Below are positions 61,397-64,000 of a stretch of 64,000 bases of DNA, piece by piece. The notes under the pieces are model-generated. The model was not told where the DNA came from and did not search any database. It saw only the letters and a program-made list of their open reading frames with translations. The translations under genes and the position numbers were made by a program. Source of the DNA: Laetmonice hystrix (Eukaryota); NCBI GenBank assembly GCA_965235115.1, contig OZ249437.1, forward strand, positions 30,690,001 to 30,754,000, read 5' to 3'. How positions within the stretch are numbered: position 1 is the first letter of the stretch; every line of letters begins with the position of its first letter.

Positions 61397-63290
61397 CTAG
61401 ACCTGTCGTGGTGAAAACCACGATGGATCCCATCCCTTGGGGGGCATGTCCCTAGGTCATTATCACGTTTATAAATGTTGGTGTCAATTGAAAGAGCATG
61501 TATAACTTCCTATTCGTGTTCAATAGTAACCATGGCTTTAACTCCCACCAGTTAGAAGGTAAAGGCATTAGAAAATATTGATGATGTCATTATTACGTCA
61601 TACGTCACACTATGTCATCAAACTTGTTTTTGAATAAAATGGCATATGACTTCCTGTTGGTGTTCAATAGTAATCATGGTCCTATCTTGCACCGTTCTTG
61701 AATTATAGGCCATAGAAGACACCAATAACGTCATTATGACGTCATACGTCACGCTATCTTATAAATGTTGGTGTTAATTGAAAGAGCATGTATGACTTCT
61801 TATTCATGTTCAATAGTAACCATGGCTCTATCTCCAACCGTTCTTGAGTTATAGGCCGTAGAAGATACAATGACGTAATTATGACGTCATATGTTACGCT
61901 ACATAATAAATGTTGGTGTCAATTGAAAGAGCATGTATGACTTCATATTCATGTCCAATAGTAACCATGGTTTTATCTCCCACCGTTTAGGAGTTATAGG
62001 CCTTAGAAAATATTGATGACGTAATTATGACGTCATACGTCACACTATGTCATCAAACTTGGCTTCAAATAAAAGAGCATATATGACTTCCTATTTGTGT
62101 TCAATAGTAACTATGGTCCTATCTTGCACCGTTCTTGAGTTATAGGCTATAGAAGATACCAATGACGTCATTATGACGTCAAACGTCACGCTACCTAATA
62201 AATGTTGGTGTCAATTAAAAGAGCATGTATGACTTCCTATTCATGTTCAATAGTAACCATGGCTTTATCTCCCACCGTTTATGAGTTATAGGCCATAGAA
62301 ACTATTGATGACGTCATTGTACGTCATGACGTTACGTCATGTGACGTCATGACTCATTGTCAAATCAGAGTTGGTGACTATCAACATGTCCACCAAGTTT
62401 GACTTAGATATCTTGAAAAACGAGCGAGATATGACTCCTGGCGTCATTATTACGTCATACGTCACGCTACCTAATAAATGTAGGTGTCAATTGAAAGAGC
62501 ATGTATGACTTCCTATTCATGTCAAATAGTAACCATGGTATTATCTCCCACCGTTTAAGAGTTATAGGCCCTAGAAATATTGATGACGTCATTATGACAT
62601 CATACGTCACGCTACGTCATCAAACTTGGCCTCAATTGAAAGAGCATGTATGACTTCCTATTCGTGTTCAATAGTAACTATGGTCCTATCTTGCACTGTT
62701 TTCGACTTATAGGCCATAGAAGATACCAATGACGTCATGATGACGTCATACGTCACGCTACCTAATAAATGTTGGTGTCAATTGAAAGAGCATGTATGAC
62801 TTCCTATTCATGTTCAATAGTAACCATGGCTTTATCTCCCAACGTTTAGGAGTTATAGGCCTTCGAAAACATTGATGACGTCATTATGACGTCATACGTC
62901 ACGCTACGTCATCAAACTTGGCGTCAATTGAAAGAGCATGTATGACTTCCTATTCGTGTTCAATAGTAACTATGGTCCTATCTTGCACTGTTTTCGACTT
63001 ATAGGCCATAGAAGATACCAATGACGTCATTATGACGTCATACGTCACGCTACCTAATAAATGTTGGTGTCAATTGAAAGAGCATGTATGACTTCCTATT
63101 CATGTTCAATAGTAACCATGGCTTTATCTCCCAACGTTTAGGAGTTATAGGCCTTCGAAAACATTGATGACGTCATTATGACGTCATACGTCACGCTACG
63201 TCATCAAACTTGGCGTCAACGGAAAGGGCATGCATGACTTCCTATTCGTGTTCAATAGTAACTATGGCCGTTTCTGGCACCGTTTATGAG
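60203..63290. repeat. 145/147-bp satellite arrays (alternating A/B monomers, 292-bp dimer) inside the Helitron-like copies
   Basis: Monomer starts at 60207, 60353, 60500, 60645, 60792 in copy A. Type A begins AAATGTTGGTGTCAATTGAAAGAGC and type B begins AAACTTGGC(G/C)TCAA. The arrays are interrupted by the unique element segment at about 60885-61465. Confidence 0.92.
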
Positions 63291-63811
63291 TTATAGCCAT
63301 GAATAGCCAAATTGACCACTGTTCAAAACTTTGAAGTCACGTGACTCAGCGAATATAGGTCAAATCAATTGTACCGAGCCGGATTCCTTTGAAACTCTCC
63401 TTAGAGATTATCCCTGTGCAATTTCATAAAATTTTAATGAAAATTGAGGATGAAGTAGGGATTTAATCATTTTCTGACCTTTGACCTAGTTTTATGACAT
63501 GTCTCAGGTCAAAGGTCAAAATATTTGCAAAATATGAATTAGGTCCTTGCCCAATTCTAACAGTGTCATTAGTTCTTGGAAAATGTCCATATTGACTTTG
63601 AAAACCGTCCAAATAATCACAACACGAATGACCTCCTGACGTCATGACGTTACGTCATGTGACGTCATGACTCATTGTCAGATCAGAGTTGGTGACTATC
63701 AACCTACTCACCAAGTTTGACTTAGATATCTTGAAAAACAACTGAGTTATGACCGAGTTATGACCCCTGTTAACAAATTGTTTACTACTACTACTACTAC
63801 TACGCAAATAA
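61397..63811 (-). mobile_element. Non-autonomous Helitron-like element, copy B (12 satellite monomers)
   Basis: Same CTAG + hairpin terminus at 61397, same unique segment (about 63290-63800) and (TAC)n end. Joined directly to copy A with no spacer. Confidence 0.7.
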
Positions 63812-64000
63812 CTAGACCTGTCGTGGTTAAAACCACGATGGATCCCATCCCTTGGGGGGCATGTCCCTATGACGTAGTAAGGTCATTATGACGTTTATAA
63901 ATGTTGGTGTCAATTGAAAGAGCATGTATGACTTCCTATTCGTGTTTAATAGTGACCATAGCTTTATCTCCCACCAGTTAGGAGTTAAAGGCCTTAAAAA
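63812..64000 (-). mobile_element. Non-autonomous Helitron-like element, copy C (truncated by window end)
   Basis: CTAGACCTGTCGTGGTTAAAACCACGA at 63812, followed by the first satellite monomer. Confidence 0.7.

Overview
Eukaryotic genomic DNA with spliceosomal introns, most likely from an invertebrate animal (inferred from 126-593 bp introns in the DNAJC10 CDS, tRNA-derived SINEs, abundant MITEs and Helitron-like repeats). No prokaryotic features, rRNA, intact tRNA or CRISPR array were found. Two genes could be assembled exon by exon with consistent reading phase. (1) DNAJC10/ERdj5: + strand, 21964-29532, 19 coding exons, 782 aa, with J domain, four CXXC thioredoxin sites, C-terminal HDEL and one GC-AG intron. 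(2) An unrecognised, cysteine-free 319-aa secreted precursor: + strand, 35606-37942, 4 coding exons, with two furin-type sites releasing related coiled-coil peptides; this is the most novel item. A third, only partly assembled spliced gene runs on the - strand from about 16.6 kb towards 4.8 kb, divergent from DNAJC10. The rest is largely transposon-derived: a GC-rich MITE family with 5-bp target duplications, Tc1/pogo- and Kolobok-like MITEs, SINEs, decayed LINE fragments and minisatellites. From 60120 to the window end there is a head-to-tail array of non-autonomous Helitron-like elements carrying a 145/147-bp satellite packed with TGACGTCA (CRE) motifs. All calls were made by eye; no database searches were run.
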